IMG/VR virus record: IMGVR_UViG_3300031772_000013
Location: 11,452 to 75,451 of that record
Strand: one strand, 5' to 3'
From: a virus
Length of the DNA stretch: 64,000 nt
Part shown: piece after piece, positions 1 through 9,943 of the stretch
Position numbering within the stretch: position 1 is the stretch's first letter
Layout: each line of letters begins with the position of its first letter
Translations under genes and position numbers: made by a program
Notes under the pieces: model-generated
What the model saw: the letters and a program-made list of their open reading frames with translations, nothing else
The model's database searches: none
Told to the model about the DNA's origin: nothing

Positions 1-691
1 TCAGGAGATTGCCGACACCGTCGCTTGGGCTGCGCGCGATAACGCAAGGGCGACGGAAGGTTTGCCGCGCGGTAGTGACGGTTGGCTCTTTCACCGAGCA
101 GTCTACGATTCTATCAAGTCCATTACCCAGTCGCTCCAGTCTACGGCGGAGTTTGCTGACTACGACGCGCCGAGACCGCTGACCGCAGCCGAGGCTGAAA
201 AGGTTGGAAAGATCGCCATGTCGGACGAGGGTATCAACCTGACAGACCCGAAGATTCGGGCGTTCATGACAAGTAAAACTGACGTTCTGCCGAGCCCAGA
301 CGAAACGACCGTGAAGGAGAACACGATGAGAAGCGAACGACTCAAGGGGAACACGATGAGAGACGAGCAAGACAACTCATGGGGCCGCGGGTACCACCCG
401 CTACCGGCACGCCTCTCGGGGCTCGGCCGCTTCATGGACGGCCTCGCGCCGACGAAGCTCCTCGACCACAAGGTGTGGCCCGACGATCCGACGGAGGGTG
501 GCGACATCCACATGCTCACGGTCGAGGCCACAGATGTGAGCATCGGTTTCCGCGATCTCGAAAGCCTCATCGAGAACGGGCTCATCAGGATCCAGAGCAA
601 CGAGCCTGGTGCGGTTTCGTTCTACTTCGTCGGCAAGTCAGAGCGAGATCCGGGCGGTTCCGGATGGGCACCGGTCAGGAGACGCCGATGA
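1..691 (+). CDS. Modular hypothetical protein, 5'-truncated by window edge, ending PVRRRR
   Basis: Frame is open from position 2. Internal duplicated linker VKENTMRSE/LKGNTMRDE. Stop overlaps the next ATG (ATGA 688-691). Confidence 0.6.
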   Translation, partial: QEIADTVAWAARDNARATEGLPRGSDGWLFHRAVYDSIKSITQSLQSTAEFADYDAPRPLTAAEAEKVGKIAMSDEGINLTDPKIRAFMTSKTDVLPSPDETTVKENTMRSERLKGNTMRDEQDNSWGRGYHPLPARLSGLGRFMDGLAPTKLLDHKVWPDDPTEGGDIHMLTVEATDVSIGFRDLESLIENGLIRIQSNEPGAVSFYFVGKSERDPGGSGWAPVRRRR

Positions 692-963
692 GCGACAAGA
701 AGCGCTGGGACGATCTGCACGCGGCCTACGCGAAGGCGGGCGAGGCCGCGAACGAGTACGATCGCCAGCTCAGTCGGAAATACGGCAGCATCTACCAGTC
801 GTCGTGGCTCAAGAAAGGGGATCGCGACAAGCTGGACGCGCTCCGCGCTCGCGCAGACAAGATCGGCGACAAGATCGTCGAGCTGCTTGTGCGCGTGAGC
901 CCCCGCGGAGAGGCGTGGCTCTCAGGCGTGCCCGCTCACTGGATCCGCTCCGAGCTGACCTAG
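688..963 (+). CDS. Hypothetical helical protein, probably prematurely stopped (TAG 961-963)
   Basis: ATG overlaps the previous stop with AGGAG upstream. The frame stays open after the TAG (EDAIRPKNEPLSVTPP...) and runs into the 1051 ORF. Confidence 0.5.
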   Translation: MSDKKRWDDLHAAYAKAGEAANEYDRQLSRKYGSIYQSSWLKKGDRDKLDALRARADKIGDKIVELLVRVSPRGEAWLSGVPAHWIRSELT

Positions 964-1050
964 GAAGACGCGATCCGACCCAAGAACGAACCGCTGTCCG
1001 TCACGCCGCCGAGCGCGTGGGGCGGTGGCGCACCGATTCAGGAGACCCCG

Positions 1051-2256
1051 ATGACCCAAGAACACGACGCCGAGGCCGCAGGTTCAGAGTACGCCCAAGA
1101 CCAGATAGAGAACGACTACTTCATGGGCTGGGTCCGCGAGCAGATGCTCGAGGCCAGCCGCATGGATCCGTCCACGGTGCTGCCGCTCGAAACGAAGAGC
1201 GACGCTCGCGTGATCGCGAGGAACATGCTCCAGCAGCTCGAAGAGGACACGAAGCGCGGGCTCGACCCGCGCGAAATCGCGAACCTGATCGGGGTCGACG
1301 GCACGACGCGCGACGACGTCAAAGAGTTCTTCAAGGGGTTCCGGGGCGCGCTGGATGAGTCGCGCGACTGGCTGGCGGACGAGCTCCTGGAGATCAAGGG
1401 GGGGTTGCGAGGTAGGCGCATGAGCGAGGCACCGCGAAGTCGTACCCCGGCGAGCGATCTGAGCCGCCTACACAATCCGTCAACCGCTGGCAACATCATC
1501 GTCTCGAACCGCAAGGACTTCGATCGCCTGCTCATCGAACGCCTCGGACAACTCGGCCGCCCGGACGCCGTCGAAATCGCCAGGGAGTACAAAAAACTGG
1601 CGGCGGCCTACTTCGGTGCGTCCAGAACGCCCGCTTCCACTGCGGATGAGATTCTGGATCTCGAACAACGTCGCCATGCGGGGCGACGGGGCGTGAGCGA
1701 AGCGAGTCGCTCCGGCGCGACGAAAGTCAAATGGGTTGCGAACGGATACGACGACGGCTTTCACGCATCCGTCGGACGGTATTTTCTGAAGACCATGCCC
1801 GTCGGCGACGGGCGCTTCGTCTGGAGCGTGTCGAAAGGCACCAAGATCGTCGCGGGCTCTGAAGCCGTCGATCCGTCCTGGCACGGCGGCTACAAGGGCG
1901 ATCCGTCGGAACACGGCGCGCGAGTCGCCGCCGAGCTTGCTATGACTCTTCACAAGACTCGCTCCTCCCGCACTGCTGCCGTGTCCGAGAGCCGACGTGG
2001 CCCCACCCCCGTCGAAGACCCCGAGTACGTCATTCAAGGCGCCTACAGCGACGGCCGCATCACGGAATCGTTCGGATTCGACGACGAAGACACCGCCCGC
2101 TCCGAAGCCTGGAAGCTCTCCAAGTCGCCCTACTTCGAGGGCGACCACGTCCGCATCATCACGCGCGACGGCGAGCTCGTGTGGGACTCGCGGGGCAGGG
2201 GTGTGAGCGAGGCCCGCCGCCCAAAAGCCCGTCGGCCGGTGCGGCGTCGGCGCTGA
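1051..2256 (+). CDS. Modular polyprotein of about 75-125 aa units separated by MSEA/VSEA/VSES/VSEA linkers, ending RRPVRRRR
   Basis: Linker motifs at 1420, 1693, 1981 and 2203. GGAG RBS upstream. Confidence 0.75.
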   Translation: MTQEHDAEAAGSEYAQDQIENDYFMGWVREQMLEASRMDPSTVLPLETKSDARVIARNMLQQLEEDTKRGLDPREIANLIGVDGTTRDDVKEFFKGFRGALDESRDWLADELLEIKGGLRGRRMSEAPRSRTPASDLSRLHNPSTAGNIIVSNRKDFDRLLIERLGQLGRPDAVEIAREYKKLAAAYFGASRTPASTADEILDLEQRRHAGRRGVSEASRSGATKVKWVANGYDDGFHASVGRYFLKTMPVGDGRFVWSVSKGTKIVAGSEAVDPSWHGGYKGDPSEHGARVAAELAMTLHKTRSSRTAAVSESRRGPTPVEDPEYVIQGAYSDGRITESFGFDDEDTARSEAWKLSKSPYFEGDHVRIITRDGELVWDSRGRGVSEARRPKARRPVRRRR

Positions 2257-2654
2257 CCGGCCCGTACGGGTCGCAAGAAGAGATCCTCGACTACATCAAC
2301 GAGACCGCCCCCTACCTAGGCGGGCTCTCGGATGTGCACACGCGCCTCAGTCTGTCCCCGGAGATGTTCAGGTGGAAGTTCCGCGAACTGCCCATCTCGA
2401 AGCTGCTGCACCTCAAATCTGATTGGCGCCGCTGGTACGAAGGTGAACGGGCAGAGCGCCGGGACGAAGACGGCGACGACAGTTACTTCGACGGGCTCGA
2501 ACAAGAGTGGAACGATGGCATCGTGGGGCCGATCATCGTGGTGATCATCGACGGAGAGATCGACATCGGCGACGGTTGGCACCGAGCTGCGATTGCCGTG
2601 ACGCAGGGGTGGAAGACGGTGCCGGCGGTGGTTGGAACGGAAAAGGACGTGTAA
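2253..2654 (+). CDS. Stand-alone ParB/Sulfiredoxin-like domain protein (start uncertain)
   Basis: PIIVV...IGDGWHRAAIA...VPAVV signature. Confidence 0.7.
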   Translation: MTGPYGSQEEILDYINETAPYLGGLSDVHTRLSLSPEMFRWKFRELPISKLLHLKSDWRRWYEGERAERRDEDGDDSYFDGLEQEWNDGIVGPIIVVIIDGEIDIGDGWHRAAIAVTQGWKTVPAVVGTEKDV

Positions 2655-2656
2655 GG

Positions 2657-3673
2657 GTGCTAGCCTCTGAAGAATTGTGGGATCTTTGGGGATCGTCTCA
2701 CGAGTGGTCGAGCGCGATCACCGGAGCGAGCGCCGAGATACTTACCATTCCCGGCTATCGCGTCCCTGATGATCCTAACGCCTTCACTGCTGCCAGGGCC
2801 TTGCTTGAAGCGCTTCAGCGCTCTCCACGTTCCCGCAAGGCGCTCTGGCACGGACGACCTCTCGAAAGGATCCCGAAGCCGGGGGAGCACGTCTCGCTCC
2901 CACTTACCGCAACAACCCCAGAGAAGAGCGAAGCGCTCCGTCTGAGCGCGCAAGGCGACACCCAGGCGCTCTTCACTTTTCCTGCGGGCACGCGCGCGCT
3001 ACGGTACAGCGACATCGAACGGATCGTGGCAGGGCGATTTATCGTGCGCAAGGTTCGCCGGGAGACGGACCCCTACTGGGGGACGCTCATCGTAGTGGTA
3101 CAACTTGAGGAGGACGCCACCGTGTACCGCCAACCCAAGGAGCCGGAACCACGCGCGCTAGAGGAGACCGCCGATCAGCCGAACCCCTGGTATCACCTGA
3201 CGGATCGAGCTAGGTTCAGGCTCGACCCCAGGTTCGCGCCGGAGGACAACGCCATCGCCATCGTCGATCGCTCAGGGCGCCCCGGCATCTACCTCGGGCA
3301 GGACGTGGAACGATGGGTCAACGGCTACAACTACTGGCGGCCGTTCGTCGTCGAGTTCGACGTCGATCCGTCTGTGGTCGAAGATCCTGGCGTGCATGGG
3401 AGATACGGCGGCGAGATGTTCGTCCCCGCCACCTCGTTCGACAAGCTCACCATCCTGCGCGTGATCCCGCTCGACGCCCACGCCCGGGAAGTGTTCGGGG
3501 AGGCAGGATGGATCGAGGGCGAGCTGGGGATCGAGTTCGACACCGGGGATCCGATTCGGCCGGGGCACCGCTCCTACCGGGGCTACCGATACTCCGGGCC
3601 GGACGTGCGCGACATGCCGCCCTCACAGGTGAACCACCTGAAGCGCCAGCTACGACAGGTGAAACGCCAATGA
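2657..3673 (+). CDS. Two tandem ADP-ribosyltransferase-like domains joined by an LEET linker
   Basis: Domain 1 ALWHGR...LTATT...IERIVAGRFIV is a degenerate R-S-E-type pattern. Domain 2 is WYHLT...GIYLG...GEMFVP. Confidence 0.5.
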   Translation: MLASEELWDLWGSSHEWSSAITGASAEILTIPGYRVPDDPNAFTAARALLEALQRSPRSRKALWHGRPLERIPKPGEHVSLPLTATTPEKSEALRLSAQGDTQALFTFPAGTRALRYSDIERIVAGRFIVRKVRRETDPYWGTLIVVVQLEEDATVYRQPKEPEPRALEETADQPNPWYHLTDRARFRLDPRFAPEDNAIAIVDRSGRPGIYLGQDVERWVNGYNYWRPFVVEFDVDPSVVEDPGVHGRYGGEMFVPATSFDKLTILRVIPLDAHAREVFGEAGWIEGELGIEFDTGDPIRPGHRSYRGYRYSGPDVRDMPPSQVNHLKRQLRQVKRQ

Positions 3674-4491
3674 GACAACAGCGGCTCGCCGAAGCACCGA
3701 GGCTGGTCTACCGCGGCACGCAGCAGCGTGAGCAGCACGGAGTTCGCGGTGCGACCTCGTGGACCGATTCGTTGCCGGTGGCGATGATCTGGTCAGCGGT
3801 GCCGGCCGACCCGTGGGCGTCGTCGCGCGAGCTGAACCACGCCCACTTCATCGACACGTCTACCATCCACGCGGCCCACCTGAACTTTCAAAACCCGCTG
3901 GCGCTCGACTACAACCAGGCGAGCGTCGGTGACATCATGCGCGCGCTTCGATACGGTGAGCCCGACGGCATCGCTGACGACGAGGTGCGCAAGGTGTTCA
4001 ACTACCTGCACAACCGGATGATGGGCAAGGCCGCGGGGGGCGAGTTCGGCTACGTTGTGTACGACGAGGACGGGGGCGAGATCGATCCCGACGATCGAGA
4101 GCTTTCGTTCGACATGAGTGACTCGCTCATTCGCGACATGCGCGACGAGTTCGAGTACGCCGACGAGAAGTTCGAGGTCGCGGATCGCATCGCCGCCGAC
4201 GCCTACGTGTTCTTCGACTCCAAGACGGTCCAGGCCGTCGCGCGCCGGCTCGGATTCGACGGGTTCGTCTACTGGGACATCTTCGAGGGCTGCGAGTACG
4301 CCGCGCGCGACCTGTTCGGCAAGGACGTGGACTGCGCCAACATCGAAGGTATCGAGGAGGCCACGGATCTGAAAGACGAGACGGTGTTCACGCACCGCAC
4401 GTACCGCCCACTCTCGGAGGAGAGCGTGGTGCCCGCGTGGGATGCACCGTCGCTCACTCTGCTGCCAGAGCTACCGAACTGGCTGCGCTAA
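3670..4491 (+). CDS. ADP-ribosyltransferase-like protein (polyvalent-protein type)
   Basis: LVYRGT...SWTDS...LNFQNP...GFDG pattern. N-terminal leader ends in LAEA. Confidence 0.6.
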   Translation: MRQQRLAEAPRLVYRGTQQREQHGVRGATSWTDSLPVAMIWSAVPADPWASSRELNHAHFIDTSTIHAAHLNFQNPLALDYNQASVGDIMRALRYGEPDGIADDEVRKVFNYLHNRMMGKAAGGEFGYVVYDEDGGEIDPDDRELSFDMSDSLIRDMRDEFEYADEKFEVADRIAADAYVFFDSKTVQAVARRLGFDGFVYWDIFEGCEYAARDLFGKDVDCANIEGIEEATDLKDETVFTHRTYRPLSEESVVPAWDAPSLTLLPELPNWLR

Positions 4492-4853
4492 CCCCCCGGC
4501 GGCTTCTTCTTCCCCGCCAAAAAATCCGAACTGTTCTCGAACGCCGCCCGAATGTCCGTCCGCGAGGGGGGTCTCACGGGCGTCAACTCTTGATCGAACT
4601 CGCGGAGTCTCCGCTCAAGCGCAAAGAGCTCGACGCGAAGACGCAAAACGTCCTCACAGGAATCAATCGTGCGACGCAACTCGATAGCGGCAACCTTGTC
4701 GATGTTCACGCGACCCGAGATCGATTTGAGCAAGAATCTCAAGTTCGAGACCTCTTCGCAGACCTCGGCGCCCCGTTTCACTTCACGAAGTAGCGCTTGG
4801 TACTCGTTTTTCGGGATCGTGATGTAATCCGGCACGGTTTTTTCCTCCCCCAT
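4488..4853 (-). CDS. Hypothetical coiled-coil protein
   Basis: ATG-start ORF converging on the 3670-4491 gene. Confidence 0.5.
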   Translation of the reverse strand: MGEEKTVPDYITIPKNEYQALLREVKRGAEVCEEVSNLRFLLKSISGRVNIDKVAAIELRRTIDSCEDVLRLRVELFALERRLREFDQELTPVRPPSRTDIRAAFENSSDFLAGKKKPPGG

Positions 4854-4882
4854 GATCGTAGTCGCAGTCTAGGCTTCGCGAC

Positions 4883-5413
4883 ATGACATCGATCATTCTC
4901 GCGGCAATTCTCACGCTGATGCCTGGCCCCTCCCCGAAATGGGGCGAGACGGGAACCGAGTTTCGCGCTCGCATGCAACTCATTGCCCAGTCCATCGACG
5001 AGGCGTCCAAGGTCGCGAAGGCGCCCCATCGCCACCAGCTCGCGATGACGATCGTGGTGACTTTCTGGGGCGAGTCTCGCTTCAGCCCGCTCGTTCAGGC
5101 CGGGGTACACCGGGGCGACGGTGGCCAGGCGATCTGCCTCGGGGGCCACCACCAAGAGAGCCTCAGTGAGGGGCAGTGGCTCGGGTTGGCTGGGCTCGAT
5201 CTCGAGAGTACGACCCGCTGCGCGACCCTCACCGCCAAGCGGCTCAAGAGCGCCTGGTGGTACTGCCACGGCCTCGATCCAAAATCTTCGTGGCCACAGG
5301 CTATCGTCCTCTACGGAACGGGTCGGACGTGTCAGGCCCAAGAGACGCGCTGGAAGAACATCTTCGTGGACCGAGGCGAGAAGTGGGCGGCGCTCACCGC
5401 GAAACGACCGTGA
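4883..5413 (+). CDS. Exported lysozyme/lytic-transglycosylase-like protein
   Basis: Hydrophobic N-terminus. WGESRF catalytic-Glu motif followed by RGDGGQAICL. Confidence 0.55.
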   Translation: MTSIILAAILTLMPGPSPKWGETGTEFRARMQLIAQSIDEASKVAKAPHRHQLAMTIVVTFWGESRFSPLVQAGVHRGDGGQAICLGGHHQESLSEGQWLGLAGLDLESTTRCATLTAKRLKSAWWYCHGLDPKSSWPQAIVLYGTGRTCQAQETRWKNIFVDRGEKWAALTAKRP

Positions 5414-6265
5414 GAGACGTCTCGCCGATAGTGCTGTATGACCACGACGGCTTCGCATCCGATGGGATCGACGGAGAGCCGAGCGTGCGCTGGCCGAAGA
5501 AGTTCCTGGGAGGCAAGCCGCACAAGCTCCTGGACACGCCGACGTCTCGTCGGAACATCGAGGAGTGGAACGGGCTGATGCAATGGGGCGGCCCTCCGCT
5601 CTACGGCGTACAGGAAGAGGGCTGAGGGGGCCAGGAAGGGCACCGGGCTCGAAAGCGCCGGTGCCCCCTGCTCGCCCGAGGACGAGTGGCGGCGGCCCAG
5701 TACCGCGACCTCGCGTCGAGGGTCAATCCGGATCGTCCGTGAACCCGTACACTCGGATCGGTTGCTCTTCTCCGACCACGTAGAGATCGACAGCCGCGAG
5801 CGCACAGAGCCGCTGAATGAAGTCCAGACCCGCACCCAGCGTGTCCATGTCGGTCGCGAGGCGATACGCCTCAAGCACGGCCTCACGCATCGACGGTCGC
5901 AGAACAACCTCCCGAGGCTTCCCCCTGCGAGCGCGCGCTCGCGCGGCCATCTCGTGACTGTGCGGACCCATCGGGTTCATTGGAGATAATCGCGCCGCCC
6001 CGGCGTGGGACGAGAGGGGGAATCGTGACGCCAGGGCGGCGCGGAGCCCGATGATACTCTCGAACTCACGAGAAGTGGCTCACATTCTCAAGGCGCCAAC
6101 CTCGCTTCCGAATCCACGATTCGAGCTTCGTCATCGAGTAGAACGTCGTGTCCCGCGACGCATAGAGGCCCAGGGGCTCTTTCACGACGAAGCTACGGGT
6201 CAACGAGAAGACCAGCGCCCGAAACTTCCCGGTCCTGGTCAGGATGCGATGGGATTCCCAGTCCA

Positions 6266-6568
6266 TCAGGTGTCCTTCGCGCGCTGAGTGGCGCGCTCCA
6301 GAAGATCCGCCGCCGTGACCTCGAACCGAGCGGCGAGTTCAAGCGCCTCCTTGCGTGTCGGGGAGCTCAAGAGCGAGATCGGATTCCGGAGCACGTTCAA
6401 GATCCGGCCGATGGCTTGCTTCCGGAGCGCTTGATCGACCTTCGAGGGCGCCCCTATCCCCGCCAACGTCGCTGCGAGCGCTGAAGGGGGCAGGAAGATT
6501 CGCTGATGCCCACAGGTGATCTCCACCCCGTTCTCGTCTGCCGTCACCGTCAGGACAGGCTCCGTCAC
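6266..6568 (-). CDS. Hypothetical protein
   Basis: GTG overlaps the stop of 6565-6996. Part of a leftward operon. Confidence 0.45.
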   Translation of the reverse strand: MTEPVLTVTADENGVEITCGHQRIFLPPSALAATLAGIGAPSKVDQALRKQAIGRILNVLRNPISLLSSPTRKEALELAARFEVTAADLLERATQRAKDT

Positions 6569-6996
6569 GGCTGCTCCTTCGAGAGCGCATGCGTAGCCCA
6601 GAACGCCTCGCTCTCGGCGCGCTGCTCGGGCGTGAGGCTCTCGTCCCAAGGCTCCCGGGGGGCCAAGGGGCCACCGAACGCCGTGTAGAGCACGCAAGGG
6701 TCGTTCTCATGAGGCCCAGCGATGACCGTGACGGTCCGAACCTCACGGGGCGCCCTCGCGCAGAGTCGAGAAGGCCCCGCACGGGTGCCACGGGCCTCCA
6801 ACGTGACCTCAGCGTCGCCCACCGGAGCGTCGCCCATGGCAGGGCCGTGGAGCCCGCAGGGGACAGATGGCAGCCCCTCCGGGAGTTCGAAGGTTTCGAT
6901 GAAGAACGAGTCGCGAGCCGCGAAGCGCTCGGCGACATGGGCGAAGACAGACTCGTGGAGGCCGTGGTCGAGGTGAGAGACGAGGGTGATTTTCAT
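6565..6996 (-). CDS. Hypothetical phage protein
   Basis: Clean ORF in a leftward operon. LYTAFGGPLAPREPWD...FWATHAL. Confidence 0.6.
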   Translation of the reverse strand: MKITLVSHLDHGLHESVFAHVAERFAARDSFFIETFELPEGLPSVPCGLHGPAMGDAPVGDAEVTLEARGTRAGPSRLCARAPREVRTVTVIAGPHENDPCVLYTAFGGPLAPREPWDESLTPEQRAESEAFWATHALSKEQP

Positions 6997-7024
6997 GATG
7001 GATGGACGCCTTGAAGGTGACAGA

Positions 7025-7468
7025 TCAGGCCGACATCTCTGCGAGCTTCACGTAGACGACAACGGCCTCGTCGAACGGCAGATCGTTCAGCACGACCGCG
7101 CCGGCGCCTTTCGGGCGGAGCCCCTTCATCTTCATCGAGTAGAGCTTGCCCTCGCGCACGAAGAGGGTCTTCTTCGCAAGCTGGCGCTTCAGATCCTTGC
7201 GGGTGAGGTAGTCCGCGAGGATGTCGCCGATCACCATGTCCCCGTCGGGCTGAAGATGCTCGCCGTAGGCTTCCACCGTTGGGAGCGTCTTCGCGTAGGC
7301 GTCGATCTCATCGTGGAGCGCCTGGGGGTAGACGAGCGTCATCCCGCCGTGGCCGTCATTTCGGGCCTCGCCTCGCTGCTTCCCGTCCACGTAGACGGTG
7401 GCGGCGAAGGCAGCCGTCTCCTCGGAGAGGCGGGCGTTGTAGGTCACGTTCTTGAGTTCGATTTTCAT
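7025..7468 (-). CDS. Hypothetical phage protein (SEET..F.A.VYVDGK...NDGHGG type)
   Basis: Strong GC3 codon usage. First gene of the leftward operon. Confidence 0.65.
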   Translation of the reverse strand: MKIELKNVTYNARLSEETAAFAATVYVDGKQRGEARNDGHGGMTLVYPQALHDEIDAYAKTLPTVEAYGEHLQPDGDMVIGDILADYLTRKDLKRQLAKKTLFVREGKLYSMKMKGLRPKGAGAVVLNDLPFDEAVVVYVKLAEMSA

Positions 7469-7676
7469 GGCTGATGTCCTTTTCGAAGAGAGCTACGAGG
7501 CGTTACGACCGCTTCCTTTTGGAGGAGATTCTCCTCGCGCAGGCCGCTCTAGGTTTCCCTGTCTTGGCGCCTCGTGCTCTCTGGGGGTCAGACGGGGGTG
7601 CTCCACCGGTATTCACCGATTGTATACGAAAAAGATGACACCTGAATATCCTTCAGGTACCTTCCGTCTATCCTTC

Positions 7677-8249
7677 ATGCCCCGCCGTTCCGTCCCCGTC
7701 GTAACCCTCCTCCTGGTTGCCACGAACCTGCTCGCCTACCTCTTCGAGCTGGGGGCCGGCGGCCAGGCGGTCTGCTACGCCCACGGGCTGGTCCCGGCCA
7801 AGTTCGTCCACTCGGGCGCGCTCGGTCCGCTCTTCACGAGCCTCTTCCTCCACGACCCTGCGGGGCTGGCCCACATCGTCGGGAACATGGCCTTCTTGGC
7901 CCTTTTTGGCGCCATCGTCGAGGGAGCCCTCGGGGGGTCCCCGTTCCTGGGCCTCTACCTCGTCGCGGGCGCCCTCGGGGGCCTGATGCACGTCCTGGTG
8001 AGCCCAACGGCGACCGAGCCCCTGGTGGGCGCCTCGGGGGCCATCTTCGGGATCCTGGCCGTCGCTGGAGCCCTCCGGCCCCGCCTGCTCGGCTTCGTCG
8101 CCGTCTTCGTTGGGATCAACATCTTCCACGCCGTCGCGGGGGGCGGGGGCAACGTCTCATTTGGGGCGCATCTTGGCGGCTTCGTTGCCGGGGTCCTCGT
8201 CGTGGCGATCATGCGGGCGGCCGGCAGCGAATCTTTGGAGGCAACATGA
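7677..8249 (+). CDS. Rhomboid-family intramembrane serine protease
   Basis: HIVGNM, catalytic GASG and AHLGG motifs. About 6 TM segments. Confidence 0.92.
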   Translation: MPRRSVPVVTLLLVATNLLAYLFELGAGGQAVCYAHGLVPAKFVHSGALGPLFTSLFLHDPAGLAHIVGNMAFLALFGAIVEGALGGSPFLGLYLVAGALGGLMHVLVSPTATEPLVGASGAIFGILAVAGALRPRLLGFVAVFVGINIFHAVAGGGGNVSFGAHLGGFVAGVLVVAIMRAAGSESLEAT

Positions 8250-9339
8250 CATCAGACAACAAATACGGATACGTGATTAACCACCTCCATGCACGCACAA
8301 TGCCGGTGGCGGTGTGGGGGTACGATTCGGAAAAAGAAGCGCTGCGAGCCGGGCGCGCAGCGCTGAAGATCATCGTCACCTCGGGCGGTATAGGAGGCAA
8401 GGTCGTGGCCGTGGTCCAGCGTACGGCCGAAGAGAGCGAGCGCATTCTCGCCGCGAAGGTGCGCGAGACCGAGCGTGCACGGAGTGCGGGGCCGATCGAG
8501 CCTCTTACTCGTGAGGAGGCGGCCCAGCAGGCCGAGGATCTCGGGCTCTACCTAGAGGCAGAGCGCATTCGCCAGGGGCGGGGGCGGCTGTGAGCACCCC
8601 GAGCTGGTCGGGGTCAGAATCGCACGCCGAGCGCTGCCTGGGAGCTGTAGTGGACCTAGCGAGAGCCGCGGATGAAGGTAAGCAGCGCTCGGCGAGAGCG
8701 ACACTCGATACGTTGTGCTGGACGTCAGACGGCTATCCTGACGCGGTACGCACCGCCCTCCGTGCAGCGGGATTGAAAACCTAGCCAGTCTGGCCCGACC
8801 GATGTCGGGCGGTAGTTTCACTGCGACTTCTGCGGGCATAAGCGCTCGGATCTCAAGCCACTCTTCGGCGGACAAGCGTGCGAAAAGTGTCGCTCGCCGC
8901 TCAAGCCGGTCGAAAATAACCAGAAAACTCTTCAGACCGTGAACACGTCAAAGAAAGAAACCAAGTGAATACCAACGTCCTCATGCTCGAACTCGCCAAC
9001 GGTCTCCGCGACGTCATCCTCGCGGCGCCCGAGGAGATAGGAAACGAACCCGAGGAGGTCTTCGTCGACCTCGCGACCCGCCTCGTGCTCTACCTCCAGA
9101 AAAGAGCGGTGGAGGTCGTGCCGTCGCACCACACTGCGACCGTCAGTACCCTCGGTATCCTCACCAAGTGGATGCGGGCGCACCCAGGTGAGTTCATCAC
9201 CAAGATCGGCCCCACGGGTCGATTCGAGCTCCTCGCAACGACCTCCGAGGGAGTGCAAGCGTTCTTCCAAGGCGAGTCGATGCAGGACGCCTACGCGCAG
9301 ATGGCCCAGGTGCTCAACCTCAACGAGGGGCGGCTGTGA
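8246..9339 (+). other. Three small hypothetical CDSs (8246-8593, 8590-8784, 8965-9339)
   Basis: Overlapping start/stop junctions. No recognisable motifs. Confidence 0.45.
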
Positions 9340-9524
9340 CGCGCGCGAAGAAAAACGCGAAGGTCACGAAGGAAGAAGTCTTCAACGTGCGCTGCACTGG
9401 CGCGCAAAAGGTACTGCTCGAAGAGGTTGCGGCCCACGACGGGCTCGGGCTGAGCACGTGGACCCTACACGCTGCGTTGCTGAAGGCCGAAGAACGACTA
9501 GCGGCACGGAAAGAGAAGCGATGA
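9336..9524 (+). CDS. Small ribbon-helix-helix-like protein
   Basis: FNVRCT beta strand followed by two helices (GLSTW). Confidence 0.5.
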   Translation: MTRAKKNAKVTKEEVFNVRCTGAQKVLLEEVAAHDGLGLSTWTLHAALLKAEERLAARKEKR

Positions 9525-9943
9525 GTGTCTACTTCGCACAACGTCGAAAGAACGGTCTTATCAAAATCGGATACAGTCGCAGTGTCCCGAATAGAATGAG
9601 CGCGCTCGGAGCCAAACTGATCGGAGCAGTCCACGGAAATCGATCGACAGAAATCAAGATCCATGAACGCTTCGCGCATCTACGGGTGCGCGGAGAATGG
9701 TTCAGACCAACCAAAGAACTGCTGGATCACATTCAACAAGAAGCACAGAACCACAAGCCGGACCAAGAAAGTATCCAGGCAGCGATCCGGATCCCTGACT
9801 CGCTGCTCGAACGCATCGACAAGCTCGCCGAGCGCATATCGAAGGACAGTTTCCCTCTCACGCGCGCCGACGTGCACCGTCGAGCGCTCGAGATGGGCAT
9901 GGCCCAACTTGAGCAGGGCGAGAAGAAGCTGAAGAAGCGATGA
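9521..9943 (+). CDS. T5orf172/MUG113 (GIY-YIG-like) domain fused to a C-terminal RHH domain
   Basis: VYFAQ...IKIGYS...HERF...RGEWF, then AIRIPDSLLERID...RADVHR. Confidence 0.75.
   Translation: MSVYFAQRRKNGLIKIGYSRSVPNRMSALGAKLIGAVHGNRSTEIKIHERFAHLRVRGEWFRPTKELLDHIQQEAQNHKPDQESIQAAIRIPDSLLERIDKLAERISKDSFPLTRADVHRRALEMGMAQLEQGEKKLKKR

Noticed and set aside
961-963. Genome-wide TAG reassignment
   Set aside because: TAG ends many genes at sensible C-termini (30295, 31156, 33064, 39493, 42924), and conserved genes are not fragmented.
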